A DNA stretch of 64,000 nt, from contig QHTZ01000079.1 of assembly GCA_003221005.1 (NCBI GenBank), forward strand, positions 13,750-77,749, written 5' to 3'. The translations under genes were made by a program, and so were the position numbers. Every line of letters starts with the position of its first letter. Position 1 is the stretch's first letter. Below the pieces are notes generated by a model. It had not been told where the DNA came from. It did no database searches and worked only from the letters and a program-made list of their open reading frames with translations. This stretch comes from Gemmatimonadota bacterium. GTDB lineage: Bacteria > Gemmatimonadota > Gemmatimonadetes > Gemmatimonadales > GWC2-71-9. Positions 30,938 through 42,559 of this stretch are shown here, piece by piece.

Positions 30938-32252
30938 TCAGCCGCGAGGCGCGCTCGTAGAAGAAGTAATCCCACGCCCAGTTGAGCAGCACGAACAGCT
31001 TGTTGCGGAAGCCGATCAGCTGGATGATGTGCACCGTTAGCCACACGACCCACGCGAGGAAACCCTTGAACGCCACGCCGTGGACGTACGCCACCGCGGC
31101 GTTGCGGCCGATGGTGGCGAGGGACCCCGGGTCACGATAGTGGAACGCGATCGGCGCCGCGCCACGCAGCTGGCGGGCGATGTTCGCGGCAGCCGTCTCC
31201 GCCATCTGGATCGCCACGGGCGCCATCATCGGCAAGGGCTGCCCGTCCGCCTCGAGGTAGGCGGCGTCTCCGATGACGAAGACCTCGGGTCGACCGGCCA
31301 CAGCGAGCGTGGGTTCGACCACGACTCGTCCCTGACGCGCCGTCGGCAGCCCGAGGCGTGTCGTGAGTGACGCCGCCTGGGCTCCCGCAGCCCAGACGAG
31401 GGTCCGCGCGGGGATCACTTCCCCGCTCTTGAGCGAGAGACGGCTGCCGTCGTAGTCCTGGACCGCTGCCCCGAACCGTACCTCGACGTGCTTGCGCCAC
31501 AACGTTTCCGCCGCCGCGGCGCGCAGCCGCGCTGGCATCGTGCCGAGCAGCCGATCGGTCGCTTCGAGCAGCAGGACGCGCACGTCCTTGATGTTGAGGC
31601 GCGGGTAATCCTTCACCAGCACCAACCGGATCAGCTCGGATAGGGCTCCCGCCATCTCGACGCCGGTGGGTCCGCCGCCCACGATCGCGAACGTGAGCAG
31701 CGCCCGGCGCCGCTCGGCGTCGGGCTCGAGCACGCCACGCTCGAAACAGCTCAACACGTGGTTCCGGATCGCTACGGCCTCGGCTGTGTCCTTGAGCCCG
31801 AACCCGTGCCGCCGGATGCTCTCGAGCCCGAAGTAGTTGGTCTCGCCACCCAGCGCGAGGATGAGGTAGTCGTAGGGGATCGGGCCGTCGCCCGTGAGCA
31901 CGCGTTTGCCCGCGAGGTCGAGTCCCGTCATTTCGGCCATGCGAAACTCGAACCGCGGCTGGCCCCGGAGAATCGCCCGCACCGGCCGTGCGATGTGCTC
32001 GGGTTCGAGGCCCGCCGTGGCCACCTGGTAGAGCAGCGGTTGGAACAGGTGATAGTTGTGGCGGTCGAGCAGTACCACGTCCACCGGCGCTCGTTTGAGT
32101 GCGCGGGCGGCGCGCAGCCCGCCGAACCCGGCGCCGACAATGACAACGGTCGGTCGTCCGGTGGAGGGCCGCTCAGCCACCGCCGCGTCGTCGCGGGGGA
32201 TCGCCTTGGGCGGCGTGGAAAGGGTTGCGTCGCGCGTGCGGGCTTCGTTCAT
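30924..32252 (-). CDS. ndh: Type II NADH dehydrogenase family oxidoreductase
   Basis: GAGFGG, HLFQPLLYQVAT, GGGPTGVEMAG, WAAG, IGDAA, G.LATIGRN.AV. Confidence 0.92.
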   Translation of the reverse strand: MNEARTRDATLSTPPKAIPRDDAAVAERPSTGRPTVVIVGAGFGGLRAARALKRAPVDVVLLDRHNYHLFQPLLYQVATAGLEPEHIARPVRAILRGQPRFEFRMAEMTGLDLAGKRVLTGDGPIPYDYLILALGGETNYFGLESIRRHGFGLKDTAEAVAIRNHVLSCFERGVLEPDAERRRALLTFAIVGGGPTGVEMAGALSELIRLVLVKDYPRLNIKDVRVLLLEATDRLLGTMPARLRAAAAETLWRKHVEVRFGAAVQDYDGSRLSLKSGEVIPARTLVWAAGAQAASLTTRLGLPTARQGRVVVEPTLAVAGRPEVFVIGDAAYLEADGQPLPMMAPVAIQMAETAAANIARQLRGAAPIAFHYRDPGSLATIGRNAAVAYVHGVAFKGFLAWVVWLTVHIIQLIGFRNKLFVLLNWAWDYFFYERASRLITEG

Positions 32253-32300
32253 CGTACCCCCGCGGCACGGTAGCGCTTGTCGGGTCGCGCGTCTAGGCCG

Positions 32301-32639
32301 CTACTCCAGCACGACGGCCGTGCCGTAGCAGAGGACTTCAGTCGCCGAGGCGCGGGCGGCGACCTCGGAAGCGTCGAAGGCCACGCCGACCACTGCGTTG
32401 GCGCCGAGCTCGCGGGCGTGCTCGAGCATCAGATCGTACGCCGCCTGGCGCGCCTGCTCGCACATCTCGGTGTATGCGCCGATGCGGCCCCCCACGATGC
32501 TCTTTAGGCCGCCGAGGATCCCCTGCGCGATGGTGGGCGCGCGCACGGTGATGCCGCGGACGACCCCTTTGTACTCGCGGATCCGGCGGCCTTGCACGTC
32601 GTACGTCGTCGAGACGACCAGCGCCGATTGGATGGCCAT
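32301..32639 (-). CDS. YbjQ/UPF0145 family protein
   Basis: G.V.G, VGG....Y, GANAVVG, YGTAV motifs. Confidence 0.92.
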   Translation of the reverse strand: MAIQSALVVSTTYDVQGRRIREYKGVVRGITVRAPTIAQGILGGLKSIVGGRIGAYTEMCEQARQAAYDLMLEHARELGANAVVGVAFDASEVAARASATEVLCYGTAVVLE

Positions 32640-32735
32640 CGCTTCCTCCCGTCGTGAAGTGTGCGCGCGCCTTGCTTGCCCGCCCGTCGTGCAGGTATCA
32701 TCACCCCGTCCCTGCCCTCGCCCCCCGGAGCCCTG

Positions 32736-33413
32736 ATGCGCCGGCTGCTGAGCCTATCGCGCTCGGTTGTAGGCAAAAAGGTCATCATGGCCGTGTCCGG
32801 CCTGATCCTGTTCCTGTTCGTCGTGGGGCACCTGCTCGGGAATCTCAAAGTGTTCGAAGGGGCGGAGAAGTTCAACGCGTACGCCGAGGGCCTGCGCACC
32901 GTCGGGGCACCGTTCTTCGGGCGCGGCCAGCTGCTGTGGATCGCGCGGATTGCGCTGCTCGTTTCTCTGGTGGCGCACGTGTGGGCGGCACTCGGCGTCA
33001 CGCTCGCGAGCCGCCAGGCCCGGCCGGTGGGGTACCGTTACCTCGAGACCAGCGAGACCACCTACGCAGCGCGCACGATGCGCTGGGGCGGCGTGCTCAT
33101 CTTCCTCTACGTCGTGTACCACCTGCTCGACTTCACGTTCGGCCGGCTCAACCCCAGCTTCGAGCCGGGGAACGTGTACCACAATGTGCTGGCGAGCTTC
33201 GCCCGCTGGCCGGTCTCCGCCGTGTACATCGCAGCGATGCTGGTGCTGGGACTCCACGTCTACCACGGTGCCTGGAGCGCGTTGCAGACGCTGGGCTGGC
33301 ACCGCCCCCCCACCGACCGGTGGCGCCGCGGTTTCGCCGCCGCCGTCGCCGGGGTGATCGCGGGGGGCTACATCACGATCCCGGTCGCCGTGCTCGCGGG
33401 GGTGCTGCGGTGA
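32736..33413 (+). CDS. sdhC: Succinate dehydrogenase cytochrome b subunit
   Basis: KK.IMAVSG, HLLGNL, heme-ligand His residues, HG.WSA.QTLG; precedes sdhA. Confidence 0.93.
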   Translation: MRRLLSLSRSVVGKKVIMAVSGLILFLFVVGHLLGNLKVFEGAEKFNAYAEGLRTVGAPFFGRGQLLWIARIALLVSLVAHVWAALGVTLASRQARPVGYRYLETSETTYAARTMRWGGVLIFLYVVYHLLDFTFGRLNPSFEPGNVYHNVLASFARWPVSAVYIAAMLVLGLHVYHGAWSALQTLGWHRPPTDRWRRGFAAAVAGVIAGGYITIPVAVLAGVLR

Positions 33414-35329
33414 CGTCGGCGCTCAACGCAAGAGTGCCCGCCGGGTCGCTCGAGACCAAGTGGACGCGACACCGGTCCGAGATCCGGCTCGTGGCCCCGG
33501 CCAACAAGCCCAAGCACCACATCCTGGTGGTCGGCTCGGGGCTGGCGGGCGCTTCGGCGGCGGCATCGCTCGCGGAGCTGGGCTACGGGGTTTCGTGCTT
33601 CTGTTTTCAGGACTCGCCCCGGCGCGCGCACTCGATCGCCGCGCAGGGGGGGATCAACGCGGCCAAGAACTATCAGAATGACGGCGACTCGATCTTCCGG
33701 TTGTTTTACGACACGCTGAAGGGGGGAGACTTCCGCGCGCGCGAGGCGAACGTGTATCGCCTGGCGGAGCTGAGCGTCAACATCATCGATCAATGTGTGG
33801 CCCAGGGGGTCCCCTTCGCGCGCGAGTACGGCGGCCTGCTCGCGAATCGCTCCTTCGGCGGCGTGCAGGTTTCGCGGACTTTCTACGCGCGCGGCCAGAC
33901 GGGGCAACAGCTGCTGCTCGGAGCCTATCAGGCCCTGTCGCGGCAGATCGGCCGCGGCAAGGTGCGGATGTACTCGCGCCACGAGATGCTCGACCTGGTC
34001 GTGCTCGACGGAGCGGCCCGCGGGATCGTGGTGCGCGACCTCGTGAGCGGGAGGCTCAGTTCCCACGTGGCCGACGCCGTCGTTCTGGCGACGGGTGGCT
34101 ACAGCAACATTTACTATCTCTCCACCAATGCGAAGGGCTGCAACGTCACCGCCATCTGGCGGGCCCACAAGCGTGGCGCCGCGTTCGCGAACCCCTGCTT
34201 CACGCAGATCCATCCGACCTGCATCCCGCCCACGGGTCACCACCAGGCCAAGCTCACCCTGATGAGCGAGTCGCTGCGTAACGACGGGCGCATCTGGGTG
34301 CCGCGGAGTCGGGGCGACGGCCGGGCGCCGAACGAGGTCCCCGACGCAGAGCGGGACTACTACCTCGAGCGGCTGTACCCGAGCTACGGCAACCTGGTGC
34401 CCCGCGACGTCGCCTCGCGGCGGGCCAAGGAAGTCTGCGACGAGGGGCGCGGCGTCGGTCCGGGGGGTCACGGTGTGTACCTCGACTTTCGCGACGCGAT
34501 CGCGCGTCATGGCCGCCACGTGATCGCGGAGCGCTACGGCAACCTGTTCGAGATGTACGAGCGGATCACGGGCGAGGACCCGTATCAGGTCCCGATGCGC
34601 ATCTACCCGGCGCCCCACTACACGATGGGCGGCTTGTGGGTGGACTACAATCTCATGAGTGCGATCCCCGGGCTGTTCGTGATCGGCGAGGCGAACTTCT
34701 CCGAGCACGGCGCCAACCGCCTAGGTGCCAGCGCGTTGATGCAGGGTCTCGCCGACGGCTACTTCATCCTCCCCTATACGATCGGCGACTATCTCGCGCA
34801 GGCGAAGCTCGCGCCCGCCGATGCGAGCCATGCCGCGTTCCGCCAGGTCGAGCGCGAGGTCGACGAGCGCGTCCAGAAGCTCCTGGCGGCGCAGGGCCGG
34901 CGCAGCGCCGACCAGTTCCACCGCGAGCTCGGCCGCCTGATGTGGGACCACTGCGGCATGTCGCGCAACGCCGCCGGGTTGCGCCAGGCAGTGGAGCGCG
35001 TGCGCGCGCTGCGTCAGGAGTTCTGGGAGGACGTATACGTCGGCGGTGTCGGGGCCGATTTCAACCAGGCGCTTGAGCACGCGGGACGCGTGGCCGATTT
35101 CTTCGAGTTCGCCGAGTTGATGTGTCACGACGCGCTGCACCGGGAGGAGTCGTGCGGCTGCCACTTCCGCGAGGAGTATCAGACCCCGGAGGGTGAAGCG
35201 AAACGGGACGACGAGCGCTTCGGCTACGTGGCGGCGTGGGAGTTCACCGGGGTCGGCAACCCGCCCGTGCTGCACAAGGAGCCGCTCACGTTCGAGGTCG
35301 TCCACCCCTCGCAGCGGAGCTACAAGTAG
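33410..35329 (+). CDS. sdhA: Succinate dehydrogenase flavoprotein subunit
   Basis: [47 protein letters not shown]. Confidence 0.97.
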   Translation: MTSALNARVPAGSLETKWTRHRSEIRLVAPANKPKHHILVVGSGLAGASAAASLAELGYGVSCFCFQDSPRRAHSIAAQGGINAAKNYQNDGDSIFRLFYDTLKGGDFRAREANVYRLAELSVNIIDQCVAQGVPFAREYGGLLANRSFGGVQVSRTFYARGQTGQQLLLGAYQALSRQIGRGKVRMYSRHEMLDLVVLDGAARGIVVRDLVSGRLSSHVADAVVLATGGYSNIYYLSTNAKGCNVTAIWRAHKRGAAFANPCFTQIHPTCIPPTGHHQAKLTLMSESLRNDGRIWVPRSRGDGRAPNEVPDAERDYYLERLYPSYGNLVPRDVASRRAKEVCDEGRGVGPGGHGVYLDFRDAIARHGRHVIAERYGNLFEMYERITGEDPYQVPMRIYPAPHYTMGGLWVDYNLMSAIPGLFVIGEANFSEHGANRLGASALMQGLADGYFILPYTIGDYLAQAKLAPADASHAAFRQVEREVDERVQKLLAAQGRRSADQFHRELGRLMWDHCGMSRNAAGLRQAVERVRALRQEFWEDVYVGGVGADFNQALEHAGRVADFFEFAELMCHDALHREESCGCHFREEYQTPEGEAKRDDERFGYVAAWEFTGVGNPPVLHKEPLTFEVVHPSQRSYK

Positions 35330-36108
35330 TGGATCTGACCCTGCACGTGTGGCGCCAGGCGGGCGCGGCCACCGCGGGCCGGTTCGTCCGCTATGAGCTC
35401 GGGGACGTGAGCCCCGACATGTCCTTTCTCGAGGTGCTCGATCTCCTGAACCAGCAGTTGATCGGACGGCGCGAAGAGCCGGTCGCCTTCGATCACGACT
35501 GCCGCGAGGGCATCTGCGGCGCGTGCGGTATGGTGATCAACGGCCGGCCGCACGGGCCCCGCGCGGCCACGACGGCCTGCCAGCTCCACATGCGGCATTT
35601 CCCGGAGGGCGCGGAGATCTGGGTCGAGCCATGGCGGGCGCGGGCGTTCCCCGTCGTGAAGGACCTCGTCGTTGACCGCAGCGCCTTCGACCGCATCATC
35701 CAGGCTGGAGGGTTCATCACCGCGCGGGCGGGCAGCGCGCCCGAGGCGAACGCCATTCCCGTGCCGAAGGGCGACGCCGACCGCGCGATGGACGCCGCGG
35801 CGTGCATCGGTTGCGGCGCCTGCGTCGCGGCCTGCCCCAACGCCTCGGCGATGCTGTTCGTCGCGGCGAAAGTGTCCCACCTCGGGCTGCTGCCGCAGGG
35901 TCAGCCCGAGCGGGCGCAGCGCGTCCTCCGGATGGTCGAGGTGATGGAGGCCGAGGGGTTCGGCGCCTGCAGCAATCACGGAGAGTGCATGGCCGCGTGT
36001 CCGAAGGAAATCAGTATCGACTTCATCGCGCGGCTGAATAGAGACTATCTCACGTCGGTCTTCAGACATCAGCCATCAGAGGAGGGCCCCGACCCCGCTG
36101 AGGGCTGA
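35329..36108 (+). CDS. sdhB: Succinate dehydrogenase iron-sulfur subunit
   Basis: [34 protein letters not shown]. Confidence 0.97.
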   Translation: MDLTLHVWRQAGAATAGRFVRYELGDVSPDMSFLEVLDLLNQQLIGRREEPVAFDHDCREGICGACGMVINGRPHGPRAATTACQLHMRHFPEGAEIWVEPWRARAFPVVKDLVVDRSAFDRIIQAGGFITARAGSAPEANAIPVPKGDADRAMDAAACIGCGACVAACPNASAMLFVAAKVSHLGLLPQGQPERAQRVLRMVEVMEAEGFGACSNHGECMAACPKEISIDFIARLNRDYLTSVFRHQPSEEGPDPAEG

Positions 36109-36111
36109 CGT

Positions 36112-37041
36112 CTAGATCTTCACTGCCGCCATCGACTCGTTTACCTGCTCGGCAGATTTTCTGAGCGCCGCGCGCTCATCCGCCGCGAGCTCGATCTCGA
36201 CGATCTGCTCGAGCCCCCCGCGCGCGAGCTTGCAGGGCACGCCCACGTACATTCCCGAGAGGCCGTACTCTCCCTCGACCCACGCGGCGCAGGGAAGCAG
36301 CCGGTGCTTGTCGCGCACGATCGCCTCCACCATCTGCACGACGGCGGCGGACGGCGCGTAGAACGCCGACCCGGTCTTCAAAAGACCCACGATCTCGGCG
36401 CCGCCGTCCCGCGTACGCTGCACGATTTGGTCGAGGGTTGCGCGGTCGAGCAGCTGCGCGACGGGGATACCGGACACAGTCGTGTGGGAGATGAGCGGCA
36501 CCATCGTGTCGCCGTGGCCCCCCAACACCATGGCGTCGATGTCTTCCACGGAGACTCGCACCGCGTCGGCGAGGAAGGCGCGGAACCGCGCCGTGTCCAG
36601 CACGCCGGCCATCCCGATCACGCGCTCGCGCGGGAACCCCGTCACCTGCTTCGTCACCCAGCACATCACGTCGAGCGGGTTCGACACCACGACCACGATC
36701 GCCTGGGAACAGTGCTGCTTGAGCTGCTGTGCCACCTGCTTGACGATTCCGGCGTTGGTGCGCGCGAGGTCGTCGCGACTCATCCCGGGCTTGCGCGCGA
36801 TGCCGGCCGTCACGACCACCAGCTCGCTGCCCGCGGCGACGCCGTAGTCGTTCGCGCCTACCACGCGGGTGTCGAACCCCTCGATCGGTCCCGACTGCCA
36901 CTGGTCGAGGGCCTTTCCCTGGGGCAGGCCTTCGACCACGTCGACCATTACGACCGTGCGAGCCAGCTCCTGCTCGGCGAGCCGCTGGGCCACCGTGGCA
37001 CCGACGTTGCCCGCGCCGACGACGGTGATCTTGTTCAGCAT
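36112..37041 (-). CDS. mdh: Malate dehydrogenase
   Basis: [35 protein letters not shown]. Confidence 0.97.
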   Translation of the reverse strand: MLNKITVVGAGNVGATVAQRLAEQELARTVVMVDVVEGLPQGKALDQWQSGPIEGFDTRVVGANDYGVAAGSELVVVTAGIARKPGMSRDDLARTNAGIVKQVAQQLKQHCSQAIVVVVSNPLDVMCWVTKQVTGFPRERVIGMAGVLDTARFRAFLADAVRVSVEDIDAMVLGGHGDTMVPLISHTTVSGIPVAQLLDRATLDQIVQRTRDGGAEIVGLLKTGSAFYAPSAAVVQMVEAIVRDKHRLLPCAAWVEGEYGLSGMYVGVPCKLARGGLEQIVEIELAADERAALRKSAEQVNESMAAVKI

Positions 37042-38069
37042 CACCCCCCTCGAGTGTGCATCTCCCGGTGCGGGTCGGCTCGCAACCCCTCGATCTGGTA
37101 CAGCGCGCCTCGCTCGGGCAGCGCCAGCCGCTCCTCGGCGCCCCGGTCTGTGCGCTCGCCCCACGCCCGGGTGATGGTCGCCGCGAGCTCGGCGTCCGTC
37201 GCCCCACCACGCAGCGGTTCGCGCAGGTCGATGCCGCGCTCGGCATAGAGACACAGGAACCAGGTGCCGTCGGCCGTGAGCCGGCTGCGGTCGCACGTCC
37301 CGCAGAACGGCGCGGTCACGGAGGCGATGATGCCGAAGCCCGTCCCGTCGCTGAGCCGGAATCGCTCTGCTGGGGAGGCGTGCCGCTCGAGCGCCTCGAT
37401 CGTGCCGTACCGGCGGGACAGCGTATCGAGGATCTCGCGCCGTGTCACGACCTGATCGCGCGACCAGCGGGTCGCTCCCCCCACGTCCATGTACTCGATG
37501 AACCGGATCTCCACGCCCGCGGTGCGGCCCAGCTCGAGCAGGTCCACCAGCTCGTCGTCGTTGAAGCCGCGTACCACCACGGTGTTGACTTTCACGGCCT
37601 GGAACCCAGCGCGTCGCGCCGCCGCGATCCCCGCCAGGATGTCCCCGTGGCGCCTGCTGCGGGAGAAGGCGACCAGACGCTCGGGACGCCGGGTGTCGAG
37701 GCTGACCGTGACGCGGCCGAGGCCAGCGGCGCGCAGTGCGTCGGCGTGGCGATCGAGGAGGATGCCGTTGGTGGTAAGGGAAAGGTCAGCGATGCGCGCG
37801 TCGCGGCGCAGCAGGGCAACCAGGGTGGCCAGGTCCTGCCGCAGCAGCGGCTCGCCGCCTGTGAGGCGCACTTTCCCGACGCCCAGTCCTGCGAACACGC
37901 CGCTCAGCCGCGCGAGCTCCTCGAACGTGAGGATCGCCTCGCGCGGCAGCCAGACGTAGTCCTCCTCCGGCATGCAGTAGCGGCACCGCATGTTGCAGCG
38001 ATCGGTCACCGAGATGCGGAGACTCCGGAGCGGCCGGCCCCAGGCGTCGGCAGGTGATGGAGGCGTCAC
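37041..38069 (-). CDS. moaA: GTP 3',8-cyclase
   Basis: [31 protein letters not shown]...CL, C-terminal GG. Confidence 0.97.
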   Translation of the reverse strand: MTPPSPADAWGRPLRSLRISVTDRCNMRCRYCMPEEDYVWLPREAILTFEELARLSGVFAGLGVGKVRLTGGEPLLRQDLATLVALLRRDARIADLSLTTNGILLDRHADALRAAGLGRVTVSLDTRRPERLVAFSRSRRHGDILAGIAAARRAGFQAVKVNTVVVRGFNDDELVDLLELGRTAGVEIRFIEYMDVGGATRWSRDQVVTRREILDTLSRRYGTIEALERHASPAERFRLSDGTGFGIIASVTAPFCGTCDRSRLTADGTWFLCLYAERGIDLREPLRGGATDAELAATITRAWGERTDRGAEERLALPERGALYQIEGLRADPHREMHTRGG

Positions 38070-38503
38070 TGCGGTCCGGCGGGAACCGGGTGCCCAGAGG
38101 GATCCACCCAGATGGCGGTGCCGTCGTCCCGTAGCTCCTTCTTCCAGACGGGCACCCGCTGCTTCACGGCTTCAATGATGTAGCGACAGGCGGCGAACGC
38201 CTCGGCGCGGTGCGGGGCGGCGACCGCGATGCCGATGCTCGCCGCGCCGACCGGCACGAGCCCCAGCCGGTGACGCACGGCGGCACGGGCGGCCGGCCAG
38301 CGCTCGCGCACCTCGGCGATGATGCGCGCGAACTCCGCCTCGACCATCTCCTCGTAACCCGAGTACTCGATGCCCGTCACCCCGTGTTCGTCGGCGCCAT
38401 TGCGCACCGTGCCGAGGAACACGCAGGTGCCGCCCAAGCCCGGACATGCGGCGTCGGTCAGCAGCCGCTCGATCGCGATCGGGTCACGCGTCAGGTAGGT
38501 CAC
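38066..38503 (-). CDS. moaE: Molybdopterin synthase catalytic subunit
   Basis: FLGTVR, HRLG, APHR..AF, K..VPVWKKE. Confidence 0.95.
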   Translation of the reverse strand: MTYLTRDPIAIERLLTDAACPGLGGTCVFLGTVRNGADEHGVTGIEYSGYEEMVEAEFARIIAEVRERWPAARAAVRHRLGLVPVGAASIGIAVAAPHRAEAFAACRYIIEAVKQRVPVWKKELRDDGTAIWVDPSGHPVPAGPQ

Positions 38504-38811
38504 GCCGTTTCGTACAACGTAGCGTCGTAGCGTCGGGCAACGGGGCCAGACCCCCCTGCCAGCGGGGGCAGCAGCGCCACTTCGTCGCCATCCTTCACGT
38601 AGCTGTCCAGCTTCACGTGCTTCGAGTTGACGGCCGCGAGCGGGCGCTCGGGGAGGTCGTGCGCGCCGGGGAGCTCGACGCGCAGGCGGCGCACCACCTC
38701 TTCCACGGTCGCAGGCAGCGAGACGGTAAGGGCCGTCTCCTCCCTGCCCACGAGCTCCGCGTAACGCGCGAAGAAGCGGACGCGCACCGTTCCCGGCGTC
38801 CCGTCCCGCAT
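38500..38811 (-). CDS. moaD: Molybdopterin synthase sulfur carrier with 16-aa extension after GG
   Basis: VRFFA, AVN, GDEVALLPPLAGG followed by SGPVARRYDATLYETA*. Confidence 0.9.
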   Translation of the reverse strand: MRDGTPGTVRVRFFARYAELVGREETALTVSLPATVEEVVRRLRVELPGAHDLPERPLAAVNSKHVKLDSYVKDGDEVALLPPLAGGSGPVARRYDATLYETA

Positions 38812-38833
38812 CGTACGCAGATAATAGCCCGGT

Positions 38834-40642
38834 TCAGCCGCCGGTGGTACCGGCGGCGAGTCCCTGCCAGATCTTGGCCTGCTTCGCCGTGGGCGTGGCA
38901 TTGCGTGACAGCCCGAACGTGGTGCCGCTGCGCTCCTGGACCTTGGTGTTGAGCGTGATGGTGCGGCCGTCGCGCTCGACGGTCAGCGCCAGCGGCGCGC
39001 CGGCCTGCCCCTGGTAGCGGCGGCGGAACGTCACGCTCCAGTCCTCGTCGTTGCGCACGGCGATGTCGCCGATCTTCAGCAGCACGTCCCCGGGCGCGAG
39101 ACCCGCGGCCTCGGCGGCGCTCCCAGGCTCCACCACCTGGGCCACCCAGCGACCCTGATCCGAGAGTGGCGCGTGCACGCCGAGGAACGGGACGCTCGTG
39201 ATCTGGCGGTTGACGGCGATGCCCGCCTTCGCGAACGCGGCCTCGTACGGGAACGGCTCGCGTCCGTTGATATAGCGCTGGTAGAAGCCGTCCAGGTCGG
39301 GCATCCCGAATTCGCGCAACAGGGCCAGCAGGTTCTCGGTGGTGAAGCCCTTCCCCTGCTGGTAGTAGCGCGTGTACAGCGCGCGGATCACGTCGTCCAG
39401 GCTGCGCGTGTTGTTGGACGCGTCCCGCAGCGCGATATCCAGGAGCATGCCTGTGACAGCGCCTTTCGGATAGTAGAGCTGCGAGCTGTTGACGAAGACC
39501 TCGTTGATCCACGTGGCGACGCTGCCGTCCTCCTCGCTCCACGGCTCCGGGGCGGCTTCCACCTGGTCCATGTCCGTCGCCGTATTGTGTAGGAACTGGT
39601 CGACGCTCCACAGCCCCGAGCGCAGGTTCGTCAGGTCGGCGTAGTAGTCGGTCACTCCTTCTGACCACCACAGGAGCGGCGTGTACTGCTCCGCGTGGTA
39701 GTCGTACGGCCACATGCCGCTGGGACGGATGCGCTTCACGTTCCACAGGTGGAAGTACTCGTGCGACATGAGCGGGACCATGAAATCACCCAGGTTGCCC
39801 GCCAGGTCCACGAAAGCGCTCGCCGGCATGATGTCGTATTGTGCCGCACTGTGCTCGAGCCCTCCGCCGAAGCTGATCGGGTCATGGATGACGTTGAAGA
39901 ACACGGTGTACGCGTCGTACGGTGGGCCACCCATCAGCCGGTTTTCGGTCTGCGCGATCTTCTCGAGACTGCTCCGCATGTTGCGTGCGACGGCGGGCGT
40001 GTAGGCGTCCGCCGGCCACACGGCAATCCGCAGCCATTTCCCGTCCACCTTGAGCGAGTCGACGCTGTAACGGCCGACGAACGTCTCCGCGTCCGCCAGC
40101 TCATGATAGTCGGCGGCGGTGTACGGTCCGCTTCCCGATCCCTTGAGCGCCGTCGTCACCTGCCATCCGGCCGGCAGCGCGAACCGCACCTCGGCCGGAC
40201 GGTCGAGCCGCCCCGGCTGATACAGGAACAGGTTCGTGCCGAGGAATTGGCCGAAGTCGGCGCGGAGCCGGGCGATCGAAAGGTCGATGGTATCGGCGAG
40301 ATAATCGAATGCGACCGTGATGCCGCGCTGCTTCCCCGTCGCGACCCGCCACGTCTCCTTGTCGGCCCGGTCCCAGAAGAGCGGCTGGCCGCTCACCCCG
40401 GTCGCGCTGAAATGGCGCACGTAGCGCGCGTAGTTCTGAATCTCGTAGTTGCCGGGACTCCACGCGGGCAATGCGAGGTACAGCGTGTCCTTGCCGTCGC
40501 TCGGGAACTCAGCCTTCACATGAAACAGGTGCGCCCCGGGGGACAGGACAGAGACTTCGTAGCGAACGACTTGCGCCGTCGCACCGCGCGACGCGAGCGC
40601 CCACGTCGCGACGAGCGCCACGCCCAGCCGGCGACCGCCCAT
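38834..40642 (-). CDS. M61 glycyl aminopeptidase with PDZ domain, secreted
   Basis: PAWSPG.Y, GGGLEH, HEYFHLWNVKRIRP, EGVTDYY, YYPKG, C-terminal PDZ. Confidence 0.93.
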   Translation of the reverse strand: MGGRRLGVALVATWALASRGATAQVVRYEVSVLSPGAHLFHVKAEFPSDGKDTLYLALPAWSPGNYEIQNYARYVRHFSATGVSGQPLFWDRADKETWRVATGKQRGITVAFDYLADTIDLSIARLRADFGQFLGTNLFLYQPGRLDRPAEVRFALPAGWQVTTALKGSGSGPYTAADYHELADAETFVGRYSVDSLKVDGKWLRIAVWPADAYTPAVARNMRSSLEKIAQTENRLMGGPPYDAYTVFFNVIHDPISFGGGLEHSAAQYDIMPASAFVDLAGNLGDFMVPLMSHEYFHLWNVKRIRPSGMWPYDYHAEQYTPLLWWSEGVTDYYADLTNLRSGLWSVDQFLHNTATDMDQVEAAPEPWSEEDGSVATWINEVFVNSSQLYYPKGAVTGMLLDIALRDASNNTRSLDDVIRALYTRYYQQGKGFTTENLLALLREFGMPDLDGFYQRYINGREPFPYEAAFAKAGIAVNRQITSVPFLGVHAPLSDQGRWVAQVVEPGSAAEAAGLAPGDVLLKIGDIAVRNDEDWSVTFRRRYQGQAGAPLALTVERDGRTITLNTKVQERSGTTFGLSRNATPTAKQAKIWQGLAAGTTGG

Positions 40643-40663
40643 GAGGATCTCCTGAGAACGCAC

Positions 40664-40691
40664 GCGGCTCCGACGGAACCGCCGGAGCCGC
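40664..40691 (-). terminator. GC-rich hairpin downstream of HU gene, probable terminator
   Basis: GCGGCTCCG...CGGAGCCGC perfect 9-bp stem, extendable by G-U pairing; about 30 nt after stop 40723; weak U-tract. Confidence 0.5.
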
Positions 40692-40722
40692 AAGTTGTTA
40701 GTTCGTTCTGCCGAGGCGCCGG

Positions 40723-41037
40723 TTAGGAGCTGACGCGTTCGCTCGCGTCCGCCACCATCGCGCGCAACTCCTTGCTGGGCTTGAAGACAGGAACCGGACG
40801 CGCGGCGACCTCGACCGGATCTCCGGTGCGCGGGTTGCGCGCCATCCGGGTCTTACGCTGGCGGATCTTGAACGTTCCAAACCCGCGTATCTCAATGTTA
40901 TGCTGCTCCGATAGCGCGGCTTTGACCGCGTCCAGGAAGGAATCGACCACGCGCGCGCAGTCCTTCTTTGAAATGAGGGGACCGGCGGTGCGGGCGATTT
41001 GTGCGGTGACTTTTTCGACGAGATCGGCCTTCGTCAT
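40723..41037 (-). CDS. HU/IHF family DNA-binding protein
   Basis: MTKADLV, IEIRGFGTF, ARNPRTG, FKPSKEL. Confidence 0.95.
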   Translation of the reverse strand: MTKADLVEKVTAQIARTAGPLISKKDCARVVDSFLDAVKAALSEQHNIEIRGFGTFKIRQRKTRMARNPRTGDPVEVAARPVPVFKPSKELRAMVADASERVSS

Positions 41038-41080
41038 CCGTGCCCCCTGAAACGCTCCACGGGTTGCAAAGCCGGGGGCC

Positions 41081-41109
41081 AACATACGGGCTTACCTATT
41101 GAGTGTCAA
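41081..41109 (-). promoter_or_regulatory. sigma70-like promoter of HU gene
   Basis: TTGACA-17nt-TATGTT on the minus strand. Confidence 0.75.
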
Positions 41110-42175
41110 GGGCTTGGAGGAACTGTCGAAAGTGCCCTTGCGCGTCATGCGGACCGGGTGATGCCTCGGGATGGTACTGCACAGCGAAGATGGGGTACTC
41201 GCGGTGGCGCACTCCTTCCACGGTGCCGTCGTTGAGGTTCAGATGAGTGACTTCGAGCGCTGTGGCGCCGGGCACGCCCCCTGGGTCGCCGCGCACCGCG
41301 AAGCCGTGGTTTTGTGAGGTGATAAGTACTTGTCCCGTCGCGAGATCGCGAACAGGGTGGTTACCCCCCCGGTGGCCGTAGGGAAGCTTGACCGTCTCTC
41401 CGCCAAGCGCCAGACCCAGGAGCTGGTGGCCGAGACAGATCCCGAAGATCGGGATCGCGCCATCGGCGAGGTCTCGGATCGCGCGCACCGCGTACGTGAC
41501 CGCTGCGGGGTCGCCGGGGCCGTTCGAGAGAAAGATTCCGTCCGGCTCGAGCTCCCGCACACGTTCGGCCGGCGTTTCCGCGGGGACCACGGTCACGCGA
41601 CAGTCGTTCTGTGCGAACAACCGGAGAATGTTGCGCTTCATGCCGTAGTCGTAGGCCACGACGTGATAGTGTGCGTCCGCGGACCCTTGGACGTATTCCT
41701 GTCCGATCGTCGCGGCCGTGGCGAGATCAAGCCCGTTCATCGAGGGGCTGGCAGCGAGCGCGGCGCGCACCGCCGCGGTGGGCTCTACGCCAAGGGCCGC
41801 GACGCCCCGCATGGCGCCCCGCGAGCGGATGTGGCGGGTCAGCTGACGCGTGTCCACGTCTGTGACGATCGGCACGTTGGCACCGGCCAGCCACTCCGCG
41901 AGCCCGCCGGTGGCGCGCCAGCTCGACGGCTTGAGGGCGAGCTCGCGCACCACAACTCCCGCGACGCGCGGGCGGTCGGACTCCACGTCTTCCGGATTGA
42001 TCCCGTAGTTGCCGATCATCGGCGCCGTCATCACAACGAGCTGGCCGAGATACGAGGGGTCGGTGAAGACCTCCTGGTAGCCGGACAGATTGGTGGTGAA
42101 CACGACCTCGGCATACACGGGCTCGAAGGGAAACGGCGCGGTTCCGGAGAACCAGGCTCCGTCCTCGAGAAGCAC
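41096..42175 (-). CDS. carA: Carbamoyl-phosphate synthase small subunit; true start unclear
   Basis: [45 protein letters not shown]. Confidence 0.95.
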   Translation of the reverse strand: MLLEDGAWFSGTAPFPFEPVYAEVVFTTNLSGYQEVFTDPSYLGQLVVMTAPMIGNYGINPEDVESDRPRVAGVVVRELALKPSSWRATGGLAEWLAGANVPIVTDVDTRQLTRHIRSRGAMRGVAALGVEPTAAVRAALAASPSMNGLDLATAATIGQEYVQGSADAHYHVVAYDYGMKRNILRLFAQNDCRVTVVPAETPAERVRELEPDGIFLSNGPGDPAAVTYAVRAIRDLADGAIPIFGICLGHQLLGLALGGETVKLPYGHRGGNHPVRDLATGQVLITSQNHGFAVRGDPGGVPGATALEVTHLNLNDGTVEGVRHREYPIFAVQYHPEASPGPHDAQGHFRQFLQALDTQ

Positions 42176-42191
42176 GTAGGCCGGGTGCGTG

Positions 42192-42545
42192 TTAGGGATT
42201 CTTGGGGCTCGGAGAAGGTGAGGGGCTGGGTTGCGGCGCGGTCTGGAGCGGCAACGGAGCCGGTGGGGCGGCCGGCTGGGGAATGGTGCCCTGGAGCGCC
42301 GACCGCGGTGCGCCGCTTTGCGACGACATGATCGCGAGCGTAAGCGCGAGGAACAGAAAGATGCCGGCGCACCACCACGTCACTTTGGTGAGCAGCGTGA
42401 CCGCCTGGCGGCCGCCCATGAAGACCTCGGTGCCGGATCCACCGCCGAGCGACGCTAGGCCACCCCCCTGCCCCGCTTGGAGCAGCACCGCGGCGGCGAG
42501 CAGAATCGCGTCGAGCAACAGCAATACGAGCAGAACGGTGTACAT
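42192..42545 (-). CDS. secG: Preprotein translocase SecG
   Basis: Two TMs, VLLQ.G.GGGL...GGG, L.K.T; follows tpiA. Confidence 0.92.
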   Translation of the reverse strand: MYTVLLVLLLLDAILLAAAVLLQAGQGGGLASLGGGSGTEVFMGGRQAVTLLTKVTWWCAGIFLFLALTLAIMSSQSGAPRSALQGTIPQPAAPPAPLPLQTAPQPSPSPSPSPKNP

Positions 42546-42559
42546 CGCGCGGATAATAC

